Sequence record: PV740454.1
Reading direction: 5' to 3' (one strand)
Length of the DNA: 64,000 nt
Made by a program: the position numbers and the translations under genes
Shown here: positions 19,701 through 28,357 of the stretch, one piece after another
Numbering within the stretch: the first letter of the stretch is position 1
How the letters are laid out: each line of letters starts with the position of its first letter
The notes under the pieces: generated by a model
What the model was told of the DNA's origin: nothing
Seen by the model: only the letters and a program-made list of their open reading frames with translations
Database searches by the model: none

Positions 19701-19954
19701 CCTGTCATCGTATCGCCGTCTTTCTTGACATACCCGCCAGCATGAATCGGAGCGAATAAAGCATTAGATTCAGTTTTCGTATACGCAGAAGTAGTCCCAC
19801 CATTGCCTAGTTCGCCTGGCAGCGGTGTATCGAATTCTGTGTATATCTTGTAGCCTTGGTACAGAATCGTGTCGCCCTGAGGGTCAAAGCGAAGATTTCC
19901 TCCGTGCCAGACTATATTACCGCCAATTGCAGTAGTAGATCTTAGTTCTGCCAT
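16715..19954 (-). CDS. Distal long tail fibre A (gp36/37-like) with C-terminal intramolecular chaperone (peptidase S74)
   Basis: gp36-like N-terminus MAELRSTTAIGGNIVWHGGN; C-terminal YSDIRVKTNI...GVIAQE...VAYGNLVGLLIEA; CATAAATA at 19984-19991. Confidence 0.9.
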   Translation of the reverse strand: MAELRSTTAIGGNIVWHGGNLRFDPQGDTILYQGYKIYTEFDTPLPGELGNGGTTSAYTKTESNALFAPIHAGGYVKKDGDTMTGKLTNSANEIEINGTSPRLLLKETDATNKQWFVIADNSTLSIREDTTATTRMRIATDNLNLNLSNLDMNDKTTIRSFDSWLRINDQAAYVTGVYFGSSLVRTDGTFQISNGDTFNVNASVFTYKGGNVFHDAYHPNADKWTTARTLTLAGDATGSVSIDGSSNATLTVAVVNDSHTHDGRYYTETEADSRFANVTGDTFTGNVAISKAGGRLSFNETDYVNTNSGINWITSAGQNLELVHEITDGELNTTGGNGQALQIRSNGGTVAQAGLEVEGEIFAKVNQRVFHDAYHPNADTWTTARTITLAGDLSGSVSINGGSNVTLTATVANDSHTHDGRYYTESESDARYVNIGGDTMTGNLTMGSNLVNFKSGGDVTLPNILGIRSSIDLNSRLFTNEGGLSYTTYESSTANRPSGVTNNANGVITINTHTGAYNHQLSFNSSGQVHHRSGTGSWSRLFADNYHPNADKWTTARTITLAGDLTGSVSIDGSANVTLSAEVTNDSHTHNRLNPMNANWNSQTQEFRTGTTSAPAGSGVSSFLNWIQWGHNGGSKYRHTLYSFADNAAMAQLWYAYKNNTSDTTSAATKQRIFMDNYHPNADTWTTARTLTLAGDATGSVSINGGSNVTLTVAVANDSHTHDGRYYTESESNSRFAQNSEFSTGATFATIAGKYLPKVTTSGVLEMGRYIDFHTTDSTADYDIRLDCNSSGSLSVVGGTLNGSFVGSLSGNASTASWADTVDVNTSTSTAFFGLVWHSGDTLYASENQGLTVRPSDGFTKIKHGYLCNERLQFDTTGRIYPRTTGQRRSGMYGIYDSTKIGHIWSMGSGFMIADDGSTFGNMYGFAYKHTNNATGGNMAGGHQAVWCINGVGKSSIGENIWTAGNVTAYSDIRVKTNIERIDNPLEKVSKISGYTYDRTDQECPRQTGVIAQEILEVLPEAVMGGPTDDDPEGHYSVAYGNLVGLLIEATKELNEKIETLQSEVQELKRPWWKKLLRL

Positions 19955-22900
19955 GTTATGTTCTCATTTGTTCATTTATCATGTATTTATGCAGATATAA
20001 AAAAAGCTCCCGAAGGAGCTTAATTAACTTAGTAATGATTCGAGTCTTGCAAGTCGCTCTTCTAGTGCTTCACGCTTGCGTTTCTCTTCTTTGATGCCTT
20101 CAATCAACAGACCAACCATGTTTCCGTATGCTACTGAATACATACCATCATCATCTTCGATTACTGCTTCAGGTAGTACTTTTAGAACTTCTTGAGCAAT
20201 AACACCCGTTTGACGTTCTTCGATGTCTGTACGGTCATATGTGTAACCGTTTAGTTCATCAATCTTATCGAGCGGGTTAACGATTTTCTCAACATTTGTC
20301 TTCAAACGTGAATCTGAGTATGCAGTTACGTTACCGGATGCAGTCAATGCGCCAGTAACAGTCACACCAGCAGATGTTGTTTCTATCCTATTGGCACTGT
20401 TGTAATACAGACGAACGCCAGCATTTTCAGTCATCTGAACAACCCAGTCGCCATTCTGATCATCGTAAATGCCACACGTCGCGCCGTCTGTCATGAACGA
20501 CCAGATACCCTCGTTTGCAGAGTTTGATATCTGCAAACCACCCCATGAAGAAGTAGAACTCTTAATCATCAACAAGTCAGCACGGTCAGTTGATTCATTT
20601 AGAACAACTTCACCACCAAGTTTCAATTCATTTAGAATCGCACCAGACCCGTAGTACCACCCACCAGTTGAGATTCGCGCAACGGGTGTATCGAAGCTTG
20701 AGAATAACCAACCACTCACACCACTACCACTAGAACGAAAACGATGCCAATATCCACTGATGCCTGTTATGTCATTGCGAATCTGTGACAAACTCTGGCG
20801 ACCGTCTTTCGATACAGAAAATGCCGCACCATCTGCGTTTAATGTTCCGTTTGTAATCGTACTGCTTCCGCTTGTCTTCACATACTGAGTATCGTGAGTG
20901 TGCGAATCGTTTGCAACAGCAGCAGTCAAAGTTACATTAGACCCACCATTGATTGATACAGAACCGGATAGATCACCAGCCAATGTCAGAGTACGAGCAG
21001 TTGTCCACGTGTCTGCATTCGGGTGATAGTGATTGCTATAACCAGTACGCCAGCCAGGTGAATAAGTCGAGCCGTTGTCAATGTATATAAACTCGCGACG
21101 TGTATTACCACCGCCTGAGCTAGTGGTCGCCGTTGTAACTCTAATCGTACACCCAGTTTGCGATTTGCCGATTACTTCAATGACTGAACCAGCAGTTCCG
21201 AATTTGCCAACACCTGTGTCAACAACAACTTGAGCAGCATACGACCAAGAACCACGACAAACCCAATATTGGGTTGAAAATGCCCCTTTAGTATTCAACA
21301 GAGATAAAAATTCAGCAGTAGTTACAGATTGGCCACTACCAAACGATATGTTTGCATCACCTTCAGCCCCAGTCAGTTCTTCAGGAGACCATGACACGTT
21401 AGCAGTACCGTTAAATGACTTTGCAGTATTGCCGATAGTTAACGTTCTTGATGTTAGCAATTTAGTTGCAGATGATGCATTGCCACTAAGAGCCCCGCTA
21501 AATGTCGGTGCAGTGACAGTATGACCGAACACAGCAGTACCGTTTTCATTCAATGCGAAATCAGCATCTAACCCGTTGTATCTAAATGAAAGAACACCAT
21601 TCTGATGATCAAGCTGCCAATAGTTATCACTGTAAGTTGAATCCATCAAGTTCAACTGAACGTTAGTATGGCGAACTGTCAACGGGCCGTTGATTGTACT
21701 AGCGGCATCAGAACGCAAGAATTGACTCGCTTGCAGACCATCAAGTTTATCTGCATCAAGACCGCTACCTGCACCATCATTACCTAAGTGCCATACCGTG
21801 TTTCCTTTAAATGTGATATCATTTGTCGAAACACGTAACCCGACTGTATCTGAGCCTGCGTGGATCTGAACGTATTCAGTCGTTCCGTTATTATCGTTAT
21901 TAGCATGAATAAGAACGTTGCCTGACCCTGATAGAGTTGGAGTATGTTGAGTACCCCCATCAGACAGGTATGAAGTGTTACCGCCGCCGATATATAACTT
22001 GGTGCCTAACGCAAGTGTTGTATCGCCGCTCAATACTCCACCAGTTAGAGCCAGAGCGCCTATGTCAGCAAGAGACCATGAAACATCAGAACTACCGTCC
22101 ACTAGTTTGCCGGTGTTACCGATTGATAATGTACGTGCAGTAGTCCACTTGTCTGCATTTGGATGATACTCATCATCAAATACAGCAACCCAATCACCGG
22201 CAGTTGTTGCTATTGTACTTTGCCACCATAGACGTTGCGTGTTTTGACCGACTGCAAGGTTCATTGAGTAACCATTTGCATTATTGTGCTCGGCGTGAAC
22301 CCCCCACAGCCATCCAGTCTCACCTGCTGGTCTGCCTGTCACAGATGTGCCAACGTCAATGAACCCACTTCGCGTTATATCAGACACATCACCAGACGTA
22401 TATTGCATTGATCCACGAAGACCGTTACTTGTACCACCAAACCCATAGATGATATTCGTTGCGTTTGCGTTTGTGTTTGGCAGTGTCAAGAACCCAGTCA
22501 TTGCGTCGCCAGTAACATTCACAAACCTAGCATCTGATTCTGTTTCAGTATAGTAACGACCATCATGCGTGTGTGAGTCATTGCCAACAACTGTAGTTAG
22601 CGTCACATTAGAGCTACCATCAATCGAAACTGAACCAGTAACGTCACCTGAAAGCGTCAACGTACGAGCTGTTGTCCATTTATCAGCTTCTGGGTGAAAC
22701 TCTGTGTGATATAGAGTTGACCAATCATCCCAAACACCACTGTATCGTGTTCTGAACGATATTGTACCGTTTCCCGCAGATGTTCCGTATGGTATTGCTA
22801 GTTGAGTAAGATTGCCAGATGTTCCATATGTGTAATTCTGTAGATACCAATACCCAGTTCCGTTTGGAGGCAAGTTAATGGCAGTGCTACCAACGAGTTT

Positions 22901-23150
22901 ATAATACGTACCCGCCTGATTTAGCGCATCAAGATCTGACGTTGTATCGCTACCGTTATCAGTTTTACCCGTTGCTCGATAATTTGAATTAGACGCACTT
23001 ATACCAACTTCTTCAAATGTAGTATGGTTCGGTAGAACAGCATTTATCGTAACGTTTGATGTGCCGTCGATTGACACTGATCCAGTCACTTCACCTGCTA
23101 ATGTCAGCGTACGTGCAGTTGTCCATTTATCTGCATTCGGGTGATAGTTG
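17800..23150 (-). repeat. Eight dispersed coding repeats of the HPNAD(K/T)WTTART-x-TL...NDSHTHD fibre module
   Basis: Four copies in each fibre translation, plus one partial copy in fibre B; high DNA identity (GAGCAGTTGTCCA core). Confidence 0.9.
19999..20021 (-). terminator. Intrinsic terminator between the two fibre genes
   Basis: AGCTCC-TTCG-GGAGC + T tract on minus strand. Confidence 0.85.
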
Positions 23151-23596
23151 TCTGCAAAAATTCTCTGAGTTGTGTTTAAGTACCCAATACCATTAACAAC
23201 GATATTGTTGTTTGAACGAGAACCGTACATTACAACATTTTCAACGCCACTTTCACGCCTGATTAATTGCCACTGATTTACAGTACCGTCATAGTGATAA
23301 CGAACACCGTGATTTCCATTATCTTCAGTCAAATACAAACTAGCATCTGTGTTCGCAAAGCTGCTTAAATGCAATTGTGCTGATGATTTATAAATCGTCA
23401 AATCACCGCTCATCGTATCACCAGCAAGTTTTACAACTGCTTCTGTCAAGTCTGTGTGGGGATCTGGCTTGTCGTTTTCTGTGTATAGCTTGTACCCGTT
23501 GTAAAGTACAGTTTCGCCTTGTGGATCGAAACGTAAATTACCTCCGTGCCATACTATATTACCGCCAATTGCGGTTGTTGAGCGTAATTCTGCCAT
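20024..23596 (-). CDS. Distal long tail fibre B (gp36/37-like) with C-terminal S74 chaperone
   Basis: Same first 27 aa as fibre A; YSDSRLKTNV...GVIAQE; CATAAATA at 23633-23640. Confidence 0.9.
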   Translation of the reverse strand: MAELRSTTAIGGNIVWHGGNLRFDPQGETVLYNGYKLYTENDKPDPHTDLTEAVVKLAGDTMSGDLTIYKSSAQLHLSSFANTDASLYLTEDNGNHGVRYHYDGTVNQWQLIRRESGVENVVMYGSRSNNNIVVNGIGYLNTTQRIFADNYHPNADKWTTARTLTLAGEVTGSVSIDGTSNVTINAVLPNHTTFEEVGISASNSNYRATGKTDNGSDTTSDLDALNQAGTYYKLVGSTAINLPPNGTGYWYLQNYTYGTSGNLTQLAIPYGTSAGNGTISFRTRYSGVWDDWSTLYHTEFHPEADKWTTARTLTLSGDVTGSVSIDGSSNVTLTTVVGNDSHTHDGRYYTETESDARFVNVTGDAMTGFLTLPNTNANATNIIYGFGGTSNGLRGSMQYTSGDVSDITRSGFIDVGTSVTGRPAGETGWLWGVHAEHNNANGYSMNLAVGQNTQRLWWQSTIATTAGDWVAVFDDEYHPNADKWTTARTLSIGNTGKLVDGSSDVSWSLADIGALALTGGVLSGDTTLALGTKLYIGGGNTSYLSDGGTQHTPTLSGSGNVLIHANNDNNGTTEYVQIHAGSDTVGLRVSTNDITFKGNTVWHLGNDGAGSGLDADKLDGLQASQFLRSDAASTINGPLTVRHTNVQLNLMDSTYSDNYWQLDHQNGVLSFRYNGLDADFALNENGTAVFGHTVTAPTFSGALSGNASSATKLLTSRTLTIGNTAKSFNGTANVSWSPEELTGAEGDANISFGSGQSVTTAEFLSLLNTKGAFSTQYWVCRGSWSYAAQVVVDTGVGKFGTAGSVIEVIGKSQTGCTIRVTTATTSSGGGNTRREFIYIDNGSTYSPGWRTGYSNHYHPNADTWTTARTLTLAGDLSGSVSINGGSNVTLTAAVANDSHTHDTQYVKTSGSSTITNGTLNADGAAFSVSKDGRQSLSQIRNDITGISGYWHRFRSSGSGVSGWLFSSFDTPVARISTGGWYYGSGAILNELKLGGEVVLNESTDRADLLMIKSSTSSWGGLQISNSANEGIWSFMTDGATCGIYDDQNGDWVVQMTENAGVRLYYNSANRIETTSAGVTVTGALTASGNVTAYSDSRLKTNVEKIVNPLDKIDELNGYTYDRTDIEERQTGVIAQEVLKVLPEAVIEDDDGMYSVAYGNMVGLLIEGIKEEKRKREALEERLARLESLLS

Positions 23597-23645
23597 TATT
23601 ATTCATTCCATCATTGAAATAGTATATGACAGTATTTATGCAAAT

Positions 23646-23668
23646 AAAAAAGGCGCCACTAGGGCGCC
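23646..23668 (-). terminator. Intrinsic terminator
   Basis: GGCGCC-CTAGT-GGCGCC + T tract. Confidence 0.8.
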
Positions 23669-23680
23669 AAAATCATTCAA

Positions 23681-24205
23681 CTATTTTCTTCGACTTGCTT
23701 TATTTGCTTTTCGCTTCGCTCTTCTAAGCTCTTTACGTTTAGCAATCTTATCAGCACGTCGAACAGCATCATAATCCGCTGCACAAGACGCTGCAAACGC
23801 ATCTGGCTTGAATACCGGCTCTTGACCCACATAGCCAAGAATCGTACCTTTAGCTTCGTTATACGCGATATGAGAACGATGTGCTGGGTCTGGGTTGATA
23901 TCGACGTGAACTTCGAAGCCTCGCGGACCGCACATCGGTTTAACTCTCAGTGCAGTTTCACCGGCTTTATAAACTTCAGTCATCAAACGACTTCGAATAC
24001 CATCTTTACTAGACATATAAGCTGGTTCAGTTTCGACAGATTTGAAAACTTGAGCACCTTTACTACCTTCAAGATGTATGATTATCACAGTAGCGTAACT
24101 GATCATGTCACTTTTACGCTTGCTATCACACCCGACGTATATAGTACTATTCGGATGACTGTTGTTGATAGCTGTTTCTATTGCTTCCCAATCGAACATT
24201 TTCAC
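23681..24205 (-). CDS. RNase H-like YkuK/DUF458 family protein
   Basis: IYVGCDS, RL-x2-EV, EVHVDIN, KPDAFAASCAAD acidic-residue motifs. Confidence 0.85.
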   Translation of the reverse strand: MKMFDWEAIETAINNSHPNSTIYVGCDSKRKSDMISYATVIIIHLEGSKGAQVFKSVETEPAYMSSKDGIRSRLMTEVYKAGETALRVKPMCGPRGFEVHVDINPDPAHRSHIAYNEAKGTILGYVGQEPVFKPDAFAASCAADYDAVRRADKIAKRKELRRAKRKANKASRRK

Positions 24206-24218
24206 CTCTATTCAAAAC

Positions 24219-24244
24219 AAAAAAGGGCAGCATAATGCCACCCT
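24219..24244 (-). terminator. Probable terminator after the TROVE-like gene
   Basis: AGGGTGGC-ATTAT-GCTGCCCT + T tract. Confidence 0.6.
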
Positions 24245-24251
24245 TAGTCAA

Positions 24252-25691
24252 TTAAAAACTGTATCGGTCAACGCCGACAGTTTTCAGCATGATCTTGACT
24301 GGCTCAAGTTCACCACCTAACAGTGAAGTTAGAATTGATGGGCTACAACCCGAAACCAGTGCAGTACCTGCTTCACCTGATTTAACAGGAACGTTGTCTA
24401 GACGACCACGAATGTTCCAGAAAACTAGCTGAGGCATATCATAACCAGCACGTGCGTACTTAGCTTTGATTGCATCGAAGTTAGCAACTTCTGCTCGACC
24501 ATACCAACCACCACCGCGATTTGCTTGGTCGAATTCCATGTCACTCATGATAAGCAACTTGGTTGGCATATCTTCTTGTGAAAGATTTGCACGACTAGCA
24601 CGTTCTAAAAGAACGTCGAAACATTTCCCGATGTTAGTGCTCATGTCTTCGCCTGAGCGATTCATGTTCGAAAGACGCTCTTTCAGCGTGTTACCGCTCA
24701 ACTTGTGGAAGTGCGGATTACTTGAGAACGAAATGAATTGATCTTTGAAGATACCTTCATTGCGCTCAGCAACGTAAATGCCGAGAGACATTGCTACTTG
24801 CTTACAAGTAACTGCGTTAGCAGCGTGTACACCGTTGATCGGTGTGCTCATAGATCCAGACACGTCTACAACAGGGATGATACGCTCATCAGAGCCTTCC
24901 ATGTAGTTCGGTAGAGCTTTCCATTGCTCGTTCGCTACAGATGCGTTACCGCGTTCAACGCTTTTAACAACATCGTATGGGAACAATGCACCAGCGTTGA
25001 TCTTCGCTTCACCTTTTTGTAGTGATTCGATGTAGTTTGTGTAACGAGTTTCAGCGTTACGACCGAATGCTTTTTGATAACGAGCAGACGCTACAGAAGG
25101 CAACTTACCGAAGTCGATTGCATCCCAATCTTTCGCACACATCTTTTGTTCAACAGTGTCAGACAAAAGAGCAAGAATCTTACGCCACTGCTTAGCAGTT
25201 ACACCAAGAGATTTGATCGTGCGCTTGAACACGTGACCGTTCTTGCTGTTTTCACGAGGGAACCACTTAGCAGCAAGCCCGTTTTTGTCATTGACAATCG
25301 CATTTGACCACATAGTGATCGCGTCTTTTTCGAGTTTAGTACCGAAAGCAACGATTAAGTCATCGAAACGACCTAATTCTGGTACTTTTGACATTACAGC
25401 GCGTGCCACTTCTGGCTGTTCATTACAAAGTTTAGCGAACAGAGTACGGAAAGTACCACGTTCACCTGCGCCACCTCGAACGTCACGAGACCATAGCAAG
25501 ATGCGTGTCGCCAGTTCTGGGTTTTCTGCAAACGCACGACCGAACAGTGTTTTAGACTGATCGTTGCCACGCATAGCAGCAATACCGAAGAACAAGTTTA
25601 GACACTCGTTACCTGAAGTGCTGTGCGTAACTGCACCGTTTGCTGTACGTGAATCGTTTGATTGCATAGCGTTCATAAATAGACTTGTCAT
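24252..25691 (-). CDS. TROVE/Ro60-like RNA-binding protein (DUF2828-type helical domain + vWA)
   Basis: RD-x-RGG-x-GER, GRFDDL, LAAKWFPRE; vWA MIDAS VVDVSGSM...T...SDMEFD; start re-assigned to ATG 25691 (GGAG + 9 nt). Confidence 0.8.
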   Translation of the reverse strand: MTSLFMNAMQSNDSRTANGAVTHSTSGNECLNLFFGIAAMRGNDQSKTLFGRAFAENPELATRILLWSRDVRGGAGERGTFRTLFAKLCNEQPEVARAVMSKVPELGRFDDLIVAFGTKLEKDAITMWSNAIVNDKNGLAAKWFPRENSKNGHVFKRTIKSLGVTAKQWRKILALLSDTVEQKMCAKDWDAIDFGKLPSVASARYQKAFGRNAETRYTNYIESLQKGEAKINAGALFPYDVVKSVERGNASVANEQWKALPNYMEGSDERIIPVVDVSGSMSTPINGVHAANAVTCKQVAMSLGIYVAERNEGIFKDQFISFSSNPHFHKLSGNTLKERLSNMNRSGEDMSTNIGKCFDVLLERASRANLSQEDMPTKLLIMSDMEFDQANRGGGWYGRAEVANFDAIKAKYARAGYDMPQLVFWNIRGRLDNVPVKSGEAGTALVSGCSPSILTSLLGGELEPVKIMLKTVGVDRYSF

Positions 25692-25724
25692 TGCTGTAAG
25701 CTCCATTATCAAGGATCAAAAATT

Positions 25725-26318
25725 ATGTTTCATATTGTATATCAAATCACAAATATAATAAACAATAAAATTTATGTCGGTAAACACTCAACTGAGAATA
25801 TACACGACGATTATATGGGTTCTGGTAAATTATTACTCAGAGCCATTTCAAAGTATGGCAAAGAAAATTTCACAAAAGAGATATTATTCGTATCTCACGA
25901 TGAGAATGAAGCATATCATAAAGAATCTGAAATTGTCAATGAAAATTTTGTGTTGCGCGAAGACACATACAATTTAAAAATTGGAGGTCTAGGTGGCTCA
26001 TCAGGTATAGAATCGCCATGCAAAGGTCGCGCTTTGAGTGAAGATACTAAACGAAAAATGAGAAAGAGTAAACACTTTTCTCAAAAACATTTAGATTTTC
26101 TTTCAGAAAAGCTATCAGCGTACAACAAATCTAGAAAGGGTAAATCTAGAACTGATCTTAACGGCTCATCTAACCCTATGCATAAAGGTACATGGGTAAC
26201 GCCAAAAGGTAAATTTGAGACATCAGAACTAGCTGCAACGGTAAATCAATGCAGCCAGTCTACTGTTGTAAGACGATGCAATAACCCAAATTTCACAGAT
26301 TGGTTCATCGAAAATTAG
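25725..26318 (+). mobile_element. Free-standing GIY-YIG homing endonuclease (Seg-like) with NUMOD3-like repeat
   Basis: IVYQITNIINNKIYVGKH...YMGSG...AISKYGKENFTKEIL; antisense to all neighbours. Confidence 0.9.
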
Positions 26319-26619
26319 CACGAATCATCGTTGCTGTATTTTCAAATACCTCAACAACGATGTAACCAGATGTTTCATACTGAGTTCGAACATTACGATA
26401 CCCGTGTGCGTCTAGCAATGATCTTACAATCGAAGCACCGCGCTTGTCTTTGTCAGATGCATGAATCGGCACAGATATTGTGAACGGGAATGTGATATCT
26501 TCTTTCAACGCTTCAGTGAATGACAATTCACATGCGTCGCGATAGTGCTTATTCAACACAATATTGAGATCACGTTCACGTTCGTTTATTTTCTGACTTA
26601 ACTGATCGTGTGTAATCAT
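26305..26619 (-). CDS. Hypothetical protein
   Basis: 104 aa; resembles the next ORF. Confidence 0.7.
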   Translation of the reverse strand: MITHDQLSQKINERERDLNIVLNKHYRDACELSFTEALKEDITFPFTISVPIHASDKDKRGASIVRSLLDAHGYRNVRTQYETSGYIVVEVFENTATMIRANFR

Positions 26620-26948
26620 TGTTCAACTCTCTTGTGATTCTTATTGATGGTGATCTGAACATACGAATAAGACACGTCTCGAACGTCTCTCACATCACCG
26701 TTGTACTTACCGAATTGAGCTTTGAAATTTTCAAACCCTTCTCGACGCAACACGTCTTGAACAAGAGTCATCATTTCATCACAGCATTCGTTGTATTGCA
26801 ATCGAACTTGAATAGTTACAGGGAATGAAAACCCACCAACACTACTGATTCTACGTTCAATCGCAGCTCGAACATCAGTTATGAACTTATCTTCTCGCGC
26901 TCGTCGATTGCTATCTACTTTCTGAATTAATGCGTCATACAAATTCAT
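26616..26948 (-). CDS. Hypothetical protein
   Basis: 110 aa; overlapping start/stop. Confidence 0.7.
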   Translation of the reverse strand: MNLYDALIQKVDSNRRAREDKFITDVRAAIERRISSVGGFSFPVTIQVRLQYNECCDEMMTLVQDVLRREGFENFKAQFGKYNGDVRDVRDVSYSYVQITINKNHKRVEQ

Positions 26949-27316
26949 AGATAATCCTTAATTGTCCCCGTGAAGTGACGAATACATGAGCTGTCAAGAC
27001 GTTTTCGACCATCACCTTCTACATCTGGCAGCGTATATTCATCGTTAAATGGTTGACCGCTTTCTTTTGCGATCTCGTAAGCATCAGCTCGATTGAAGTA
27101 CTCACCACAATAGTTGATGAATCCCTGCCCACGATCACCTAGTTCACTTCGATGTTCAATTGTGCAACCAAGCTCTTTGATTAGCTTGAACACGCTTTGC
27201 ATGTTTCTACCGAAATGACAGCTATCGGCGACTACGACTTCACGTTGTTCACCGTTTGGTAATGTAACGCGAATTGCGTTTGCAGCAGCAGAGATCACAT
27301 TGACGTGTTCTGACAT
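26945..27316 (-). CDS. Conserved phage hypothetical protein
   Basis: I-x-AAA...H...QGF-x4-GE-x2-NR-x2-A-x-EIA-x3-GQ pattern. Confidence 0.7.
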   Translation of the reverse strand: MSEHVNVISAAANAIRVTLPNGEQREVVVADSCHFGRNMQSVFKLIKELGCTIEHRSELGDRGQGFINYCGEYFNRADAYEIAKESGQPFNDEYTLPDVEGDGRKRLDSSCIRHFTGTIKDYL

Positions 27317-27654
27317 GAATCATACCTCATAAAAATAGAACCAACACGCTTGTATTGATCAGTGTTCATTAATAGACGTGCCATTTTAGTGTGAGCAACT
27401 GGATTACTTGTCACTAGAATTACAGTCTTCGGATAATTGCCATGATCAATTGCATGAGATAAAATGTGATATCCCTCATGACCTAGTGCATCGCCTAAGT
27501 CATTGTCCATGAATAATGTGATATCAGTTAGATTCGTGTGCTTGATGAATTTCATGCCTTCTTTATATGTGCGAAGAACTAGCTTTTCATCTTCACGAAC
27601 TGTATCTGCGGTTAACTTATTAATGTCACGCAGATCATCGATCAATACATACAT
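27295..27654 (-). CDS. Cyclic-phosphate-processing receiver (REC)-like domain protein
   Basis: LIDDLR...RTY-x-EG...LFMDNDLG...EGY-x-IL...TSNPV; start re-assigned to ATG 27654. Confidence 0.7.
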   Translation of the reverse strand: MYVLIDDLRDINKLTADTVREDEKLVLRTYKEGMKFIKHTNLTDITLFMDNDLGDALGHEGYHILSHAIDHGNYPKTVILVTSNPVAHTKMARLLMNTDQYKRVGSIFMRYDSCQNTSM

Positions 27655-27715
27655 AATATTTCTCTTGCTTATTGAATAAATACTATCATACAGTTCAAAC
27701 AAAGAGAAGTCAACA

Positions 27716-28087
27716 ATGAATGATGAAAAAATCGTATCTTTTGAAGAATACCTAAATGAGGGATGGTTTGAAAGACAATGGTCGCGTTATAAAGCAGGAG
27801 CCGACTCTAGAAGCATCAAGAAGCTCGCTAAGATGCATACAAAGCTTCTGCATATAGAACAGAAGGCAAAGCAAAACAAATACCGCTACGACGTTGTGCG
27901 CTACAATTACGAGCATATTAAAATGAATGTGCTTGACGCAAAGCGACTTATCAACAAACTTCGATACAAGAAAGGAATTAGTCAAGAGCTAGTTCAAGCA
28001 ATGGATAAACTAGATCTTGAATTGGATAGATTGAATGACTTTGCAGTCGAGGGATTGCATATGCTCATGATTAATCACAAGCTATAA
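27716..28087 (+). CDS. Hypothetical protein with capsid-targeting-like N-terminus
   Basis: IVSFEEYLNE; AATAAATA at 27675; own terminator at 28089-28112. Confidence 0.7.
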   Translation: MNDEKIVSFEEYLNEGWFERQWSRYKAGADSRSIKKLAKMHTKLLHIEQKAKQNKYRYDVVRYNYEHIKMNVLDAKRLINKLRYKKGISQELVQAMDKLDLELDRLNDFAVEGLHMLMINHKL

Positions 28088-28088
28088 G

Positions 28089-28112
28089 AAAGCCCCATAT
28101 TGGGGCTTTTTT
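28089..28112 (+). terminator. Intrinsic terminator
   Basis: AAAGCCCCA-TAT-TGGGGCTTTTTT. Confidence 0.85.
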
Positions 28113-28116
28113 GTTT

Positions 28117-28329
28117 TCAGTGTGAGTGGCGTAACTTTTTCTCGATCATACGATCTACAATCGTGGAGTACAGTAAATGTTCTTTGTAATATTTCTCATC
28201 AACTCGGTTGCATTGGAATTGTCGAAAATCTTTGCGCAGACGTGCAATAAATTTATTAAGTGCTTTGCGTACTTTGCAAACTTCAGATAGTTCCATGCTC
28301 TTTAGTGTTTCTTCAGAAAGTATTTCCAT
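28117..28329 (-). CDS. Hypothetical protein
   Basis: 70 aa; GAGGTG RBS. Confidence 0.7.
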   Translation of the reverse strand: MEILSEETLKSMELSEVCKVRKALNKFIARLRKDFRQFQCNRVDEKYYKEHLLYSTIVDRMIEKKLRHSH

Positions 28330-28357
28330 GATTGTTCACCTCTTAGTTAATAGAATA

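Noticed and set aside
17800-23150. CRISPR array or diversity-generating retroelement from the repeated DNA
   Set aside because: The repeats are in-frame protein modules with irregular spacing; no reverse transcriptase, cas gene or adenine-specific variation is visible.
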